Source of the DNA: Saprolegnia diclina VS20
Taxonomy: Eukaryota
Direction: 5' to 3'
DNA: 33,094 nucleotides
Assembly: GCF_000281045.1 (NCBI RefSeq)
Contig: NW_008246174.1
Location: 65,042-98,135, forward strand
Made by a program: the position numbers and the translations under genes. The stretch's first letter is position 1, and each line of letters opens with the position of its first letter. Below the pieces are notes generated by a model that saw only the letters and a program-made list of their open reading frames with translations, did not search any database and had not been told where the DNA came from. Of this stretch, positions 1-13,061 are shown in pieces.

Positions 1-3000
1 GCCGTGTTGAGGCACTGAGTCAACCGTGAAACGCGGAAGGCGGCACTGAATGACGCCGGTAGCATTGTGTGACGTGACCGCTGTCTGCGCTTGACCTACT
101 CGCCAGTGTACCTAAACTCGTCTTGTTTGTAAAATTGATCGTACCTTTGATGCGGAAGCGGCACGTGGTCAAGCTGCTGTTTAAAAACGGGCTATTTTCC
201 CAATTTTCGACGATTTGAATGTACACCTAACCGCAATGAAAACGAGCAAAAAATGAATCAAGGGGTACATCGGTGCAGCCCGGCACGAGGTTGAGCTTGG
301 GCGTCATGCTCTTGACCAACGGCGCGCGATAATAGGTGAACGTCACCGCATCACTCGAGAAGGTGGCGTCGACACCACCGACGGCGACCTCGATCTAAAC
401 ACTGTCTGTGAGAGACAATATAGCAATATGTGTCCACCTCGAGTCGGAGCTGCTCCAAACTGATTTTGCAAGGCGGCGTGTAGCAGTAGATCTTGCCGCT
501 TGTGAGCTGAGCTGAATAGATAGCGCGCTCCAATAGCTTCTCGCCTCGAAACCACGAGAAGCGCACGACCGGCTCCTTCTCCGCGAGCCGGCAGAGATTC
601 AAGTTGGCGCCTGCAAGAGCCAAGTACGTGCGTCCTACGACACGATGCGTTGGGCGAATTAAAACCGAGACGTCCGACCTTGTGTCGGGCCCACGGACGG
701 CTGCACCGCGTTCACATCAAACATATACAAGATCGCTTGCGGCACGGCCTCGGTGAACGTATGGTGGTCGAACGAGACGCAGAAGAGAATGTTGCGGCTC
801 TTGAGGCGCGGTGGGACCGTGCAGAGTATTTCCGACGACGATTTCAATGTACAGGGCAGGATCTGGGACTCGAGGGACGGCCGCTATGGTTTGAATGAGT
901 CACGCACGACTCCACGTTTGTGCTTACGTCGATGGTTTCGAGCTTGGCTTGCAGCGCAGCACCTAGTGCGATTAGAAAAAGATCTTGGAGAACGTATACC
1001 TTGGTCGTGCTGGTAGTCGTAGCTTGGCGGCAAGAAGTATACCCGAAGCAGCAGCATGCCCGAGTTGAAGAAGCCGCGACCCTGCACGACAATATCGCCG
1101 CCAGTCGAGTACGGAAGGTACCGCGGACAGAGACTGTCGATGCGCGGTAGCTCGTAGACTTGGAACGACGGCGCACCCATCGACGTATAGGGACACTGCC
1201 CCGACGACACTTGTACATCCAGCACCGACATGGTCTCGATGTTGGGGGCCTGGGTGACAATCATACCGCTCTCGAGGACGGGCGGCTCGAGCACCAAGCT
1301 CAGATCCACGCTGCGCTTGACGGCCGAGGACCCGTCGACACTGTGAAGAATCACAGACGCCGACTGGCTCACGCCGGGCTTGAGTACCATCGGGGGTACC
1401 ACTAGCGTCGCCACATCGCGCGCTAAACAAGCGGTCATCATTGCTCGACACAATGCGTAGTGTTGACGTACGTAGGCGGGAGGAGCCACGCGCGTCCTCG
1501 GCCGTCATGCGCAGTACGAGTTCCAGCCGGGGTGTTTGTGCATTTGAGACGAGCTCAAATTGCATCTTGTCGCACCACAGAAGCGTGCCGACCTCCTTCC
1601 GCACCTGGTAGAGCATGCGTTTGGCCGGCGTTTGGCGCGGGAGCCCGTCGTTGCATTTGACGGCGAGGTAGTACCAGCCGTTTGTGTCAGCACCCGCAAG
1701 TCGACCGGCGACCGTGAGTCCCACGATGGTGACGCTGCAAAAGTACCGCTTCCACACCTCACCGGGCACGTGGACTGCGTGGGTTGGTGTGCTGAACCGC
1801 ACCGTGATCGCGCCCGTCTCAAGAAAGCCAGAGCCGCGTAGTTTGACGGGCGTGCAGGACCCGAGGAGCCCACACGGCGGCTCCAGCGCGGTGATGGACC
1901 ACGTGCTCGGGTCGTAGACGAGCATAGGTGTCGGAGGTGAGAAGCAGATACCGTGGGCACCCAACCAGAGGAGAACCTTGCCTTTGGAAGGCAGTGGCGG
2001 CTGAGCACACGTCACTCTGTATTTGGCCATGTCTGGCGAGGAAGGGCTGTTTTGCAGTAGCTCCACAGCCAGCACCGGCGTGGTAACAGCAGCATTGGTT
2101 CCCGTCAGCTTGAAGCAGACGCTGAGCTGCAGCGGCAGCATGGACTCGTGCTCCGAGCTGCTATACAGCGCCCAGGTCGACGGCAGGTTGAGCACCGCGT
2201 CCGCTTCATGGTACAGATCGTGCAGGGGGTGCAGCGGCTGGGTCGCAAGCTCCGGCAGGGTGGCAACAAGCGACACGACGCGTCGGTTCACGTAGATGAT
2301 CAAGAGTGGCTCCGACGGTCGACAGATGAGGGCGCCAACAACCCAGAGCGCGTCCGGCGCGTCGGTCGGAGCTTGTGGTTGATGGCAGTGAAGAAGTGTT
2401 TGGTTCGGAGCCAGTACAAGCACTTCGGGAGCATTCGCAACGAGCCAGAAGAAGCCTTCTTCAACGCGCCAATGAGTGACGTTGTCGCAGCCAGTAGTCA
2501 CGAGCGGCAGCGCCACGGGGGCGGCGTCTAGGGCGTCGTGTCGCACCACGTGTACCTTGTTGGCGTCCGTGTGGTCCGTAATGGCGTCGGGCGGCGTCAC
2601 GACGTAAAGCGTGTCGCACACAGACGGGAGTTTGGCCAAAATGGCTGTTGTCGGCACAGACGCGTCCGTGACAACGACGCGGTACGTGTTGTAGCTCGCC
2701 TTGAGATGCACCGTCAACACCACACCGTCGGATGGCCACGACTAGCATACTCTCTCGCGATCACAAAATTTGTGAAAAGCAGGAATGTACCGTGGCATCA
2801 ATGTCGACCATACCAACGGTCATGTCCACCGATACCTAAACACCTCATTCATCGTTGAATAGCGGCTGGAAGGGCACCTCATGCAAGACCCACTGCGCGA
2901 CACGGGAGCGCACTGTCACCACGGGCGCCTTGACACTATGAGCAACGTCGCGCGTGCCCGGTCGCGCCACGACCGAGATCATCACGCGGTGGGACACTTT

Positions 3001-6000
3001 TTCGCGCCAGCTCGAGCCTTCTCGCCGGCGCCGTTTCCCGGGTGACTGGAACGCCACTAAGCTTTGACGCACAATGCGTCGCTGGCCTGGCGGCGCGAGC
3101 GTAAGGTCGCCGATGCTGGTGGGAATCTCGGTCTCGAGGTGCACAATGTTGCCACCGTTGAAAGGACTCTGCACCGGCGCGTGGGTCAGTATCTTCATCG
3201 CTGGGTGGACACTGATGTCCCCGAGGTAGGTGAATTGCTGCGAGTTGAGGGAGAATAGCAAGCGGTATACCCCTGGCGTTGCGAATTCTGGAATCACGCA
3301 ACTCACCTCGCCCTTGTCTACACGGACTGAGACGTGACTGTGGTCGAATGGACTGCATTACCCGTGTGGGCAACGCAAGGCTGCATGTATGTGTCGTGGG
3401 TTGCGCTGCTCTCGAAGCGGAGGCCAATGCACTTGCTCTCAACCAGCGTCGCGGCTTCAAATCCGCGGATGACGAGGCGCCGGGAGCGGGGCGCGGCGTC
3501 CAGTCCCACGAGCTCGTCGAGCATCGAGGCGGGGACGTGGTGCGGGCCGTACACGAGGTTCCGCAAGTCCAACGGCGTATAAAAGCGGTAGGACACGCCC
3601 CGAGGCAGGTACTGCTCGCCGCCGTTGAGACTAAAGTCGACCATCACGTCCAGGTACGGGCACCCCAGCTCGGCGTTGCTCAGGCTAGCTCGGTTCACGA
3701 GCAGTCGATTGTTGGCTTGGGTCGGTGCCACCGACCGGCGGCGGGATCCAATCTCTCGCGTTCGACGCCGCTCCGCTCGAGGGCCCGCTTGCGCCAGCAT
3801 GGTAACGTAGCGCTGTGCTTTCACGGGGGCCGTCGGCGTCGGTGCCGTTTGGCTCGGGTCGTACACTTCGATGGTCGGCGAGACGCACTGGATCATGTAG
3901 TTCTTGGCTTGCGTGCCGTTGCTCAGCGTGGTTGTCACGTGACCGCGGACAATCTATAGTCGTAGTGTCCATATCCTATCAACTTGAAGAGTGGAATACG
4001 CAGAATTCGTGGCGGTTGGCGGCCGACTGAAACCGGACGTGGATCTGATGGGACTCAAAGATATGGGTTCCTAGATCACATTCTCGTATCCACAACATTG
4101 TCTTTGGCATCAGCCCGTTACCGAGAAGGAGGAGGACCGTGTCGCCCGCCATGGGCCCGCAGGACGGCACGACTTCGGTGATGGCGGGAGCGTCGAAAAA
4201 GTTGTACTTTTCTTTGGCCGAGCCCAGCGCAGCGGCATCCAGCCTAAGTGCAATCAGAACGTAGTTGACAGGAGTATGCTAGTACGCGCGTTGGTCATTG
4301 AAGAGGAGCTCAACGCTGGCAATGCACGCTTGGCGACACATGGGGGCTCGGCACGTCACGGCCGTGTTGACCGTATCAACCTGCATTATGTGACGTACTC
4401 CGCTCGCACGAGACATCAAGTACCTCAGCCGGTACCGTCATGGGATCCGGAAGCTTGGCGGACGGCGGCGCGGTGGCCGTGAGGCTCCATAGCTTGATGG
4501 GCGTAAACTGAACGTAGCACTTGGCGTCGCATTTGGCAAGCGCTTTGGCCAATCGCGGACCGCCGCAAAAGACGACGCGGGACCCGCCGCCCGCCGAGCC
4601 GTACGACGTCGTGAGAAAGTACGGCTGCGTAAAGAATCGGAACGGGTAGAGCGGTTTGACCTTTTGCACGGCCAGCGCGCTGACGACTCTACACGATGAC
4701 AATTCTGTACATAGATACGAGTGGATGTCGAAATTATACCGTGGGTCCGGGTATTCAGAGGCGGTAAATTGTTGTCCGTTCAAGCTCAGCTCGAGTTTGA
4801 AAAAGCCGGGCTCAACCTCGGTCGGAGTGCTGCACACAACGCAAGTGACTCCACTCTCGTCACTGGCGATGCGTCCCTGTACAACGTAGCTCGTGGCGCC
4901 GCGCCACGGTGTAAGCTGCACTTCGATGGGCGCGCCATAGTCCTAGATTGAAACATTGATACTTTGAAGGTTGAAGAAAGATGTGTAGCGCCTACGCGGA
5001 AATGCTGGCCATACAAGCGCAGCGCCGCCTCGCTGTCAACAGGCGCCCACGTCGGGTAAAACGACGTGAGCGTCGGTGGCGCATAGAACGCAAAGGCCAC
5101 GTCTCGGTTCACGGTGCAAAAGTCGACGCCATTCAGAGACATTTGCAGGTACACGTGACAGCTAAACGCAACGGGCGGCGTCTCAAACTCGAGAGCTTCG
5201 TCTTCCTTGCTCACGCGCCCGGGCACGACGAGCTCGAGCGTCTCGTTCTCATTCGCGCACGTCCCCGGCTTGAGCAGTAGCTTGAAGACGATATCGCCAG
5301 TCTCCAGCAGCGAATCGCAGGCCACAAGGACCCGCGTCTTGCCGTACGTCGGACCGGCCACGGGCGAGATGGCCTGGATGACGTCCGGCGCATCGAAGTA
5401 CAAGAACGAGAGCTCAGTATCCAAGAAGAAGACTTGGTAGTTGAGCGAGAGTCGGAGTTGCACTTTAGTCGGGTACGGCCACGGCGGCGAGAACAGTTGA
5501 ATCCGAGGGCGCAAGAGGGCATTGTCGTCGACAAATGTAGCAGGCACCGTGACGACGTGGCCGTTGATGTCGACGAGCTGCACCATACAGTCCAAGCTCG
5601 ACTTGTCATCGGGAAGCCCTTGGAGGACGTGGAAGATGATGGGCGTGCCCCCGTTGAGCGCCCCGCACTTGGCGCTGCCCGGCTCGAGCATGAGCTTGGT
5701 GGCTGCGTGGTACTCAAAGTGGAGCTGCGAGTCTTCGGAGAATTGCTGCCCGTTGCACGAGATTTGAACGTTGGCAATGCCGGCGTGGGCGACCGGAGGC
5801 GCAATGCACTTGATCAATCCGTTGTCGACAATGGTCGCTTCGACAATGTATTCATCGTTTTTTGGGCCGCGCGGTGTCGCAAAGGGTGTGTCGTAGAAGA
5901 CGAATTTGACCAACGGGCACGCCGACTCGATAAACCCTTGTCCTAGGGTGTCTCGTGCGTGAGCATTCACTATATTATATAAGGTACCAACGACGCTCAC

Positions 6001-9000
6001 TGGCGTTCCCCCGTCAACGGGGCCAAAGCTCATGATGCAGTTGTCGGCCGCCGGGCAATGCACCACTGGGGGCTCGAACGCCTCAAAGTACACGGGGAAC
6101 ATACCGACGCGTACCATCTCGTAGCATTGCTGGTTGAACGCGATCGTCAAGAGGTGCTGGCCGGCCGGGAGTGGCGGCGCAACGACCGAGACAGTATTTT
6201 CAACGCGATGGCCCGTGACCTTGATGTCGCCAAACTTCATTGGCATGATGGCGACCACGTGCAAGTACTGCAGCTGAGCAGCGTCGACGTGCAACTCCAC
6301 GACGGCGCCCCCCGTCGTGAACCCCCCGCGGGGGGCCACGTGCGTGATGCTGGGTGTCGTGTAAAAGGCCACGGGGTGCACCACCGGAGAGAACTGGTCA
6401 AAGCGCGTCGCCATCTCGATCGCAATGGGCAGCACCTTCATGCCCCCGATGGCCACGCGCCGTTTTGATTGGTTGTCGGGTCGTCGACGCAGCTCGCGCG
6501 GTTCATTGCGGTGCGAAAAGCGCGCGCGCGACTTGGGGGACTCGGGCAATTCGGCTATGGCGTCCTGCGACGTTGGCAGTACCTTGCACGATAACCAATT
6601 GAGCTGAACGTGGTGGTCGGGCGTGAACGCCGTGACGGGCGGGCAGAGCACCGAGACCTGCTCGGGCGAGACGAAGATCGTGTCAAGCACCCGCATGACC
6701 GTCGACCCGGGGGTCATGCCCGGAATGCTGAGCCTCAGCCGGGTCGGGTACTCGCTCGCAAAGCCCGAGCCAAAAAGATGCAACTCGGTTGGACTCTCGA
6801 AAGGCGTTGCGACAGGCCATATCCGATCGACCTTGGGGACGCTGTACGGGACGGTGAATTTGAGCAAATTGCCAACCTATTTCCGACAAGTTAGTGTCTA
6901 GGACGCAGAGCGAAGACAGATTGTACATCTAAAAAGTGCTGGTTGTTGAGCGCGACTTCAACGTCGACTAGCCGCAATTGATCGGGCGACTGGACAAGGG
7001 CCGAGAGGGCGGGACAGAGAAACTCGACATACTCGGTCGTCCTAAAGTCAAAACTTTACACATTTTGTGTGGTAAATCGCTGTACCAGCTTGTCGCTGCG
7101 ATGGGACCAAGCATGCGTTTCTCGACGGCGCCGCTTGGACAGGCTACGTAGCTCACCTAGGAGCATCCACAATCTACCGGATCCTCAGAAGCAGACTAAA
7201 TCACCTTGAGCCGGACTTTGACGCCGTCCGTGACAATCTTGGGGCCCAAGTGCAGCTTAAGCAGCGTTGCGAGGTCCAACGCCATCCCAATCGGCTCGAC
7301 AAGCTTCAACGTGTGACGCCGGAAGAAGGAGAACGGGTGCTTTGGTCCGGTAAAATCGCAGCTGTTGAGCGAAATCTCGACGGTGCTCGTCAAGTTGGGT
7401 GCGATTGTCTTCAAAATGGGCGACGCGCACTCAATGTGGCCTTGCGCAGTGAGGCGGCCGACCGCATACTGCCGCACGGTGTGGGGATCCTCTACAAAAA
7501 GACGCAACTCGAAAAATACCAAATCTATCGACGCAAACCGAGAATGGACGTTTGCTTCATGTACGAAAACCGAACTTGAATCGTGCCCGTGTCGATGAAC
7601 GACTCGCCAATGATAGTGACGGTCGACGCCACCTGCGACGGTGACGAGATGGGCGTCACACACGTGATCGACGGCATATTGTAGTAGAGAAACTGACTTC
7701 GATTCGGGATGTTGCGAAAGCAGCATTTCGAGTATTGCTGGCCGTTGAGCGAGACGTAGACGTCGACGAGGCCCGCCACGGACGGCGGCGCAATGCAAAA
7801 GAGAGTTTTCTGCCGCCCGCCCGCGTCCGAGTGGCGGGACGCGTCGGTTTCGACGAACGCCCGCACGCGCCGATGGCCATCGCCAGTGCGAAACACGACC
7901 GAGACTGTGCCGCCATGGTCGATGATGCTCTCGCCTTTGAGTCGGAGGAGCCCACCGCCCGTGACGGACGTCGACGTAGGCCAAATATAGTTGATGGTCG
8001 GCGGCGGGTAAAAGAGATATAGCAAGTACGTCTCGTCGACGTCCAACGTGGTCTGCGATCACAAACCATTTTCAAACGGCTGCAAAGGAAGAAACTACCT
8101 GAAATTGCGTCGCGACCGACGTGTCGGCGTCTCTCGGAATGTAGTCGACTCCGTCGTTGAGGGACACTTGTACCTTGGTGAGCTGGAGCTCCTTGTCGAC
8201 CGGCCACGGAGGCGTGAAGCACTGCAGCACTGTCGCGTCGTCGTCCTGCGGCACGACGCTCCCGACGACCGTCGCCCGGATGTTGGCGCGGACACTCGAG
8301 AACTTGACGTGAATGGGTAGCACCACTGGCACGTGCCGGTTCATCGTGATACAGAGGCGGGTGCCGCCAGTATTGGGCCCATGGTGGAGCGAGAGGGCCT
8401 TGACAACGTAGGGCACAAAATAGTGGAAAACGAGGCAGCCGCTAAAGTTCTGGCCGTCAACAGTAAGCGCGACGTGGACGGGGAACGTCTCGTCGTTCGG
8501 CACGTGCTTGACGTCAAATGCTGGCGCCGTGCACTTGATGCAGAGGGCGTCATGGGACGATGGCGTCGCCCACACCGTTTTAGCCGGTACGTTGTCATCG
8601 ATGGGCGCAAACCGAACGCGCAGCACCTACCCCCATGCTTGATCAAAGGACGATGCGTCAAGAGTCAGTTACTTTGGTTTGCTTGAGCTCCGTGAGAAGT
8701 AGTTGGAACGAGTCCAGGCGGTCGTTCTCGAGGCTAGGGAGAAATATCCCTACGCAAGACCCGCCATGATCACTCATGCATGTCCGCATTGGTGCTGTAC
8801 GGAGCTTGGTGCCGCCGGTGAGCGAGCCCCCCGTGGGCACCAGCGTGTGCGGCACCCGCTCCCGGAAGAGCAAGCACTCGACCGTCGCGAGGCAAAAGTG
8901 CTCGCCGCGGTTGCAGGAGATGGTCCAGCGCGTCACACCGCAGTGGGTCTTGGGTGGTAGCGAGACCGAGATCTCCGTGGCCGACTTGCAGACGGCGTTC

Positions 9001-10009
9001 AAAATCATGCCTTGGGGAACACCGTCGTCCTATAAAAAGCGTCACTTTTTCAAATATCTCCAAGTACTCGTACCGGCGGCTGCGCCAGTCGAACGACGAC
9101 TTCGCCCGTCTCAAGGAAATGGTGTCCTTGCAGAACAACGTCGACGGGGTGCGATCTACAAGGTGCGTGCGGCGCTGAACGCAAACGCGGGCGCCACGTA
9201 CGGTGAAATGAGCACGGCGCGGGGCTTGACCGACGTCAAGTCAAAGTCGCGCCAGACGTTGTAGCAGAGTGCGCCAAAGAACTCGACTTTGTTGAGCGAC
9301 ACCTCGGCCGTCATAACGCCTGCGCACGCTATCAGACATGGGCTCTCAGATCTGAGAGTGGACCGATGCTGGTCTTCGGCGGCTGGAATTCGATGAGCAT
9401 GTCGCCATTGACCTGGGAGGCGGCACTCCACGTGGCCGGTCGGACGACCGAGAGCGGGATTTTCGAGTGCTCCGAGACGTAGCTAATGCGCACGTAGACG
9501 GGCGACGCGGCCGTGACGTGCACTTTGCCGTCAACGTTGGGTTTGGTTTGCACAAAGCAGTGGCTATAGCGCTGCTCCAAAAAGAGCATGATGTTTGCAT
9601 ACGATGTCGCAGAGAACGGTAGGTGCGTCGGCGAAATCTTCTTGATCATTAGCTCGGGATGCAGCAGCATCTCGAGCGGGTTAGCCGCCAAAACGCCCGA
9701 AGCCTTGATCTCGAGTGTCACCTACACCCACGGATATGACATGTACGATGGCTGCGATTTGCGTACGGTGCAGGTCGAGATGCGGCTCTTGAGGTAGCTC
9801 GTGAGGCTCGGCATCGTGAAGCTCGCGGTGCCTTCGTTGCCCGACCGGACGTCGACGCAGACCTCGGTGTTGGTGAGCGGAAGAAACAGCCGCACGAGCA
9901 TCGTCTGCGGCTGGAGCAAGAAGCCCGTGCCATGCACCGTGATCTCGGCGCCGCCAGCCGTCCACGCAGTCGTCGGGTCGAGGAGCCGCAGCCGGACGGG
10001 CTTGGCCAT
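1..10009 (-). CDS. Giant multi-exon IPT/TIG (Ig-like) repeat protein, 3'-partial (continues beyond the left edge); about 22 repeats and about 25 short introns
   Basis: ATG at 10009 (MAKPVRLRLLDPTTAWTAGGAEITVHGTGF). ORFs 9722-10051, 9332-9721, 8658-9008, 8072-8626, 7525-8046, 4786-6867, 4376-4921, 3318-3938, 2845-3306, 972-2723, 884-1489, 659-847, 351-623 and 20-226 can be joined by GT-AG introns (e.g. 9722-9766); the junctions checked by hand stay in frame. Recurrent IPT motifs 'P..G...GGT.V.V.G..F..TG.I.VRF', 'I.C.APP' and 'V.VSLNGQQF'. The last exon (QAQTAVTSHNATGVIQCRLPRF) is still open at position 1. Confidence 0.85.
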
Positions 10010-10358
10010 CGCGCGCCACGACGAAGATACAAGTGCCCTTTCCTCGGCCAATCGCGTGCCTGCATTGCCCGGAGATATCCCGGTGGCAGACGTTAAACCA
10101 ACGTTAAACTGAAAAGCCTATGTCGCACCAAGTAGATGCAGGCACCCGCACGTGGAGCGATGCAAGAGAGCGCCAACGCGATGAAGCCAAGAATTAAGTG
10201 GTATGTGACGCGATTAGAAAGCGAGCGACGGTGCGCGCCCCGTGGATACCCCGCAAACTTGGTCCATGCCACAAATACCTGCCATGATACCACAAATACC
10301 ACAAATAAACGCCACCTTTTGAACGAGCTAAAAATACAGGCAGAGTTGGATTCGCAGC

Positions 10359-11555
10359 ATGGCCAACAGCTACAACAAGGTCGACAACCAGGGCGCTCTC
10401 ATGGGCAACTGGGTCGAAGAAGAGGCGCTGCGCGACCGAACAGGCCACTCGCGCTACAAGACGTGGGACCCGAAGGAAGGTATGGGCCTCTCGCACCCCC
10501 GCGTCATCGCCCACTCGAGTGCGACCGAGGCCAAAGACTACCGCGCGGCCTCGCGCACGACGCCGTACTGCGAGGACTTTGTCATTCCCAGCAGTGTCGG
10601 ACCGCGCGAGCGCCGGCGCCTTGAGGAGCTTCACGCCCAAGCCAAAGCGCTCAAGATCGCAATGGACGGCGAGCCCGAGGACGTGAGCGTGAAAGAGTCG
10701 ACGGCGCACGCGTCCTTCAAGGCCGCCGAGAACGAGTACCTCGTGCATGGCATCACGCGCGTCGCTCCGCGCGGCAAAGGCGGCTTTAAAGGTACGTCAA
10801 AGGCGTAGCTTATACGCTTGTTATAGCGTGCTCGTATATGTAGACTACGATCCGTCGATCGTGGGCAAGACGCGGGGCGAGGTGGCCGCCATGGATGCCG
10901 CCAAGCTTCAAGTACACAAGGAGACGCCGCACTGTGCGACTGTGACCAAGTACACGCACGCGATCACGTCGGGCGAGGTGCGGGAGCCGTCGCGACGCAG
11001 TTGGTTGAGTTGTCAAGTGTAGGGGTTAGGGTTTCCGCTGACTGCCGCCGAGCCAGGACGCAATCCATTCGGCAAGTCGACGGGCTTTTCCAACGACATT
11101 TACGACACACGCGTACGCCTCTCTGAGTGGGTGCAGCCTCTTGATGAACGCGACAGGTTCGCCACGCGGAAGCCAGCTACCCCGGCGCCGAGACGATTCT
11201 GGGTAGCGGTTTGAACCTTCATGCGCGCTCGGCGGTCTCCAAGCTACAGCAGTGGGCCCAAGCCCCCGGTACAACCACTCTATACAGTGTGGAAATGGTA
11301 GCATATGACTGCTAGACAAACGGCGAGCGCTAGTTAAAGTCGGGTTGGACGTGCAGGGCGATATATCGCTCAAAGAGCTGCTCCTGGCACTGCATGAGAT
11401 TGGCGTCACGGTCCCAGACAAGGACATTCAGCAGGTACGTTTCATTGTCGCACTATTACAATGCTAAATGGCTCTAGTTATTTGTCTCGTTGGACAAGAA
11501 CCAGGGCGGGGCGATCGAGTGGACAGCGTTTGAAGCGCTCGTGCTGAATTTGTAG
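10359..11555 (+). CDS. SPAG8/CFAP143-like putative ciliary microtubule inner protein (NWE motif) with C-terminal EF-hand-like pair; 6 exons
   Basis: MANSYNKVDNQGALMGNWVEEEALR (GNWVEE at 10404-10421). Introns at 10792-10843, ~10978-11022, ~11113-11156, ~11269-11315 and ~11434-11477. NPFGKSTGFSNDI at ~11062-11100 resembles the SPAG8 C-terminal 'PF.K...FS' motif. LFVSLDKNQGGAIEWTAF is EF-hand-like. TAG at 11553-11555. Confidence 0.7.
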
Positions 11556-11656
11556 CTATCGGCAATAGTGTACACGTTTATATGCTTGGAAACACATGCA
11601 GCGGTTTATTCTGCAGAACAAAACACGCAAGAGGACGGTCAGAAGTTAGGCGCTCT

Positions 11657-13045
11657 TTACAGCTGGAGCGTGCGGTGGAAGACAGAGTACTTGCTCGCGC
11701 GCGTGTTGTCCTTGTTGTGCAAGTAGAGCCACGTCTCGATCGACTCGTCCGTCGCATTGCGGTTCCACTCGATGACGCGGCCCGTGCGCGGGTGGTTGCC
11801 CTTGTTGTACGCCGCGCCTATATAGTATCAATGTATCAGTACGAGCGATTTCAACTGTCTCTTCTACCGTAGCCGACGCCGCCGCCGTAGCACAAGTGGA
11901 TCGAGTCGCGCTTGAAGCAAAAATCGTTGAGGTGGTTATGACCGCAGAACGTGGCCTTGACGTCGCCGTCTACAGCCAACGATTAACGCACGTTTGTAGA
12001 TAGAGAGGCGTCGTACTCGCCACAAACGCGTCAAACAGGCCGTCGTTGTGGTCGTTGGACGCGACGTCTTCGCGCTTGGTACCCTGCGTCTCGTTGGTGG
12101 GCTTGAAGTCTTTGTACTCGGGCAGCGGGATGTGGAAGAAGCTCAATGCCGGCACGTTATCGCCCTTGTGGCTCACGCCGAGATCCTTGATGAGCTTGAC
12201 CTGCGCCGGCGTCACGGACCCGTCGCGGTTGGTGTCGACAAAGTACAAGCGAATCGCGGCAGCGGCGCTGGCGTCTTGGATCGAGACTTCGTAGTTGCCG
12301 GCGCCACCAATGTTGAAGGGACCGTACTTGGCGTACGAGTGCGGAAGCGACTCGATGTACGCCATCATCACTTTGCGGTTCGAAAAGAGGTGCTTGGTCG
12401 ATGTGAGACATGTGCGAAACAGGGGTAGGGTTCTACCGGAATCAAGCTTTCGTCGTGGTTGCCGAAGACCATGGCCCACGGCAAGCCGCGCTCATTGACG
12501 ACCGAGGTTGCCGTGTCGATCGCCGCCAGCGACTGCTTCCAAGTCTACAGCAGTTGCCATGGGATCACTGGAGGATGGATGCTGTCATTACCTTTTGCAC
12601 CCAGAGCGACTCGATTTGGTCGCCCGTGAACGCGACAAAATCGGGTTTGGTGTCGTCGACCATCTTGGTAAGCATTTCCGTCATGTACTTCTCAAAACAG
12701 AGCTAGCGACGGAATTAACAACAAAAATAGGACCACAATTCGTACCTGCTTCATGTCGTCGGGCTTGTTCATGCACGGAAAATAGTCCCAGTTGGTGTAA
12801 TGCAAGTCGGGCACTTGGAGAATGCGGTACGTCTGGGCACCGCTGGCAGTCTTGCGCACCACGAGTGGCTGGCGCTTGATGAGTGCGTTGGCCGCCAGCT
12901 GCTCCTTCACGGCGTCGTCGATGACCTTGTTCACCGCTGGGAGCTCGAGTTTCTTGATGAGCGCGGCGACCTGGTTGGCGAGCGTGTTCATCCAGAACGC
13001 GTCCGAGACGGCGAGCGACAGCAGAAGGAGGCTCAGCACGCGCAT
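11657..13045 (-). CDS. Secreted calcineurin-like metallophosphoesterase, Dcr2/PAP14-PAP29 type (paralogue A), 5 introns
   Basis: Signal-peptide-like MRVLSLLLLSLAVSDA. Motifs PDLHY, FTGDQ, VFGNHD, FFHIP, CGHNHLNDF and LCYGGGVGYGAAY. TAA at 11657-11659. Confidence 0.9.
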
Positions 13046-13061
13046 GTTGGTCGAGTGCAAG

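Noticed and set aside
11023..11034. Telomere-like GGGTTAGGGTTT
   Set aside because: Fewer than two full units; it encodes GLGF at an exon start.
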